A stretch of DNA of 64,000 nucleotides from Pristiophorus japonicus (taxonomy: Eukaryota): NCBI RefSeq assembly GCF_044704955.1, contig NC_091999.1, positions 50,158,001 to 50,222,000 of the forward strand, in the 5' to 3' direction. The notes under the pieces were generated by a model. The model had not been told where the DNA came from, did not search any database, and worked only from the letters and a program-made list of their open reading frames with translations. Each line of letters opens with the position of its first letter. The first letter of the stretch is position 1. A program made the translations under genes and the position numbers. This document shows, one piece after another, positions 63,367-64,000 of this stretch.

Positions 63367-63712
63367 TCTCTGTGAGAAACGAATTGCTGGAGACAGTAGC
63401 TCCAATATGAGATGTGGCTCATTCTAATGATCCCTTAGTTATACCGAATGTTAATCCCCAGTGAGCCAATCAGATTATGCAATTTTATTGTGAGCTACGG
63501 TCATTGAAACAAACAAATTAAGGCAGCCATTTTCGAGTTCACCTTTTCTACATTACAATAACTTCCAATGAATATTGCAGCATGTGGCAGGGGAAAAAAG
63601 ACTTCCGTATCTTTCTAAGGAAAATATAATGTAAATCTCCATCTGGACATTCGAAGATGGCATAAAACCATACACAGCATAGAGGTCCGAGTTCAATTCC
63701 TGGTGTTTTCTT

Positions 63713-64000
63713 TTGAACTATGGGGCACAGTCTCAGGATAAGGGGAAGCCCATTTAGGATCGAGATGAGGAGGAATTTCTTCACTCAGAGGGTTGTGAAT
63801 CTTTTGAATTCTCGGCCTCATCGGGCTGTGGATCCCGAATCTCTGAATATATTCAAGACTGAGGTGGATAGATTTTTGGAGTCTATGGGGAATCTGGGGA
63901 TATGAAGATTGTGCAGGAAAGTGGAGTTGAGTTCGATGATCAATCATGAATTTATTGAATGGCAGAGCAGGCTCGAGAGGCATAGGGCCTACTCCTGCTC
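63713..64000 (+). mobile_element. CR1 3' fragment
   Basis: GHSLRIRG.PFR.EMRRNFFTQRVVNL and 3' UTR. Confidence 0.9.

Overview
Eukaryotic DNA, almost certainly from a cartilaginous fish (shark): it has shark-type IgM exons, DeuSINEs and dense CR1 LINEs. No intact host protein-coding gene was found. In order: (1) a CpG-island promoter with a 34-bp GC minisatellite and a repeated spaced palindrome, probably serving a disabled C2H2 zinc-finger exon at ~8.6-9.4 kb; (2) two decayed LTR-retroelement remnants at ~11.9-14.5 kb and ~16.9-20.8 kb. The second has a tRNA-Ser primer-binding site, retroviral RT motifs and an env remnant that looks more like a Mononegavirales/F-type fusion protein (lokiretrovirus-like; inference); (3) an ~18-kb tandem array of 2.3-3.3-kb units carrying tRNA-Leu(TAA), tRNA-Ser and tRNA-Asp-derived genes on the minus strand, only one of 15 looking intact; (4) a pseudogenised IgM heavy-chain constant cluster (partial Cmu1, Cmu2, Cmu3, Cmu4+secretory tail, TM1, TM2) with no visible V/D/J, followed by a CTCF-like motif; (5) a two-exon GPR139-like GPCR pseudogene on the minus strand. 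The rest is CR1, RTE and SINE fragments and minisatellites. All translations and alignments were done by eye against remembered family motifs. Repeat boundaries are approximate (tens of bp).
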